Assembly: GCA_001600815.1 (NCBI GenBank)
Contig: BCKZ01000001.1
Location: forward strand, 850,613 to 914,612
From: Alloascoidea hylecoeti
Taxonomy: Eukaryota
Reading direction: 5' to 3'
Length of the DNA: 64,000 nucleotides
The position numbers and the translations under genes are program-made. A model generated the notes under the pieces. It was not told the DNA's origin. It made no database searches and saw only the letters and a list, made by a program, of their open reading frames with translations. Of this stretch, positions 62,247 through 64,000 are shown one piece after another (positions within the stretch are counted from its first letter, which is position 1; each line of letters starts with the position of its first letter).

Positions 62247-62613
62247 CTTAAAAAAGATTACTTGTAAATGGTCGGTAGGTATAACTGAGAGGGAAAAAGA
62301 ACCATAAAATGGGCAATAAGGAAATGGAGGTCTATATATCTAAAAGCATCGCATTTTCATTTGTACCGTTCATGCAAGTATTCTTCTAATCATTTTCTGC
62401 GATGCAATCGTATATATATTTTTTCATTTTATATGCATAATTAATTATTTTATAATTTTAGCTGCAGTGTACTAATTCGGGATTGTGCATATGCATTATG
62501 TATTTGTAGCCCACTGCGCATTTTTAACATTTTTCAGCGTTCGCATATATTACACCCGTACGTCTTGAGACTTCGGAAGTTTCACAAATCTTATATTTTA
62601 ACATTGTGTTAAT

Positions 62614-63678
62614 ATGACCACATTACCTGCCAGATCTGTAGTCTTTTCGGCTATTCAACCTACTGGGATATTTCATCTTGGAAATTATCTCGGTGCTATT
62701 CAAAATTGGCATCTTTTATCATCGGAAAATCCAGAATCAACCTTTTACTTTGCGACTGCTGACTTACATGCTATTACAATGCCAAAGGACGCTGATTTAT
62801 TAAGACAGTATCGTAAGCAGGCTATTGCTTCGATTATTGCTTCTGGAATAGATCCGAAGACCAAAAATGTGACGCTATTTCATCAGTCATCTGTTCCAGA
62901 ACACGCAGAGTTATGCTGGATTCTAGGGACCCAGACGGGGATGGGTCACTTAAATCGAATGACACAATGGAAATCTAAACTTAACCTGTCACAATCGGTA
63001 AACATTGATAATAACAAGGTCTTATCATCTTTGAAACTAGGTCTATTCAGTTATCCAGTTTTACAGGCAGCAGACATTATCTTGTATAAGGCTACTCATG
63101 TTCCAGTAGGTGAAGATCAATCACAGCATTTGGAACTCTCAAGGCATCTAGCTAATAAATTTAATACTACGTTTTGTGAAAAAGATAAACCAATCTTTCC
63201 AATACCATCAACATTATTGACGCCTACGAGGAAAGTGCTGTCTTTAAGAGATCCAAACAAAAAGATGTCAAAAAGTGATCCCGATCCTAATAGTAAAATC
63301 TTCATTACTGACTCGCCAGATGTAATCCGTACTAAAATCTCAAAGGCAATAACAGATTCAATTCCAGGGGCCATTACGTTTTCTCGAACTGAACGTCCCG
63401 GAATTGCAAATTTATTGGCAATTGTAGCAGGTCTAAGGCAAACTACACCAGAAGAAGTGGTAGAGTCATTACCATCATCTATTACAAATCATAAAGAATT
63501 CAAAAGTTATGTTTCAGATGAAATCATTGCAGGACTAGAAAAGCCGAGGAATGAATTTGAACGGATAATTAAAGAACCCCAGTACTTGGAAGCCGTTGCA
63601 AAAGAAGGTTCAGATTCTGCAAGAAATATTGCACAGGATGTGATGATAGAGGTGAAGAGAGCCGTTGGATTTTTATAA
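62614..63678 (+). CDS. MSW1: Mitochondrial tryptophanyl-tRNA synthetase
   Basis: FSAIQPTGIFHLGNYLGA (HIGH), YPVLQAADI, VPVGEDQSQHLE, KMSKS. Confidence 0.96.
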   Translation: MTTLPARSVVFSAIQPTGIFHLGNYLGAIQNWHLLSSENPESTFYFATADLHAITMPKDADLLRQYRKQAIASIIASGIDPKTKNVTLFHQSSVPEHAELCWILGTQTGMGHLNRMTQWKSKLNLSQSVNIDNNKVLSSLKLGLFSYPVLQAADIILYKATHVPVGEDQSQHLELSRHLANKFNTTFCEKDKPIFPIPSTLLTPTRKVLSLRDPNKKMSKSDPDPNSKIFITDSPDVIRTKISKAITDSIPGAITFSRTERPGIANLLAIVAGLRQTTPEEVVESLPSSITNHKEFKSYVSDEIIAGLEKPRNEFERIIKEPQYLEAVAKEGSDSARNIAQDVMIEVKRAVGFL

Positions 63679-64000
63679 GATATGCTGATGCCTTTGGAAG
63701 CATATGTTAACGTTTAATTTGCGATTGTAAAAATCATGTGTTGTATATATTAAAATTGCAAATCAAATATTGATATAAACTAAAAATGCGAGTAGAATAT
63801 GCGCGTAGTATTGAAAGTTATAATTTTAACAGATGACCCCATTAGTCCTACTAGATTTGGTACTTCTATCGGGATTTTCTTGATTCTTCGTAAGTTTTAA
63901 TTCAGCATATTATATAAACTAATTACTATTTAAATGAAAAAGTGTGCCTTATAATTATAATTAATGATAATTATAATGTACGGCCATCCGTTTCGAAGAC

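Overview
AT-rich, intron-containing budding-yeast (Saccharomycotina) chromosome segment, probably from an early-diverging lineage. The evidence is 19 short spliceosomal introns with degenerate donors, an intron-containing histone H4, VelB-type velvet, SPF45-like, NudE and CYP52 genes, and CUG read as Leu at a conserved position (PEX4 'CLDIL', TGT CTG GAC). About 27 protein-coding genes and one tRNA-Gly(GCC) are supported. Most are housekeeping genes: PIN3/LSB1, NCA2, NCE102, PHB1, PEX4, ARG81, TAF13, REB1-like, H3/H4, KAE1, SPC34, FRS2 and MSW1. An accessory zone at about 9.7-30.5 kb holds (i) two divergently oriented ferric reductases sharing a nearly identical 519-bp tract, (ii) a Tc1 relic, (iii) a Ty1/copia element with only 91/93-bp LTRs and an internal 505-bp inverted duplication next to an assembly gap, and (iv) a tRNA gene flanked on both sides by candidate non-LTR (L1-like) retroelement fragments whose 5' ends face the tRNA. 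A strongly diverged but intact uS17/RPS11 paralog with a possible intronic C/D snoRNA lies at 54.9-55.8 kb. All family assignments come from motif recognition by eye; no searches were run.
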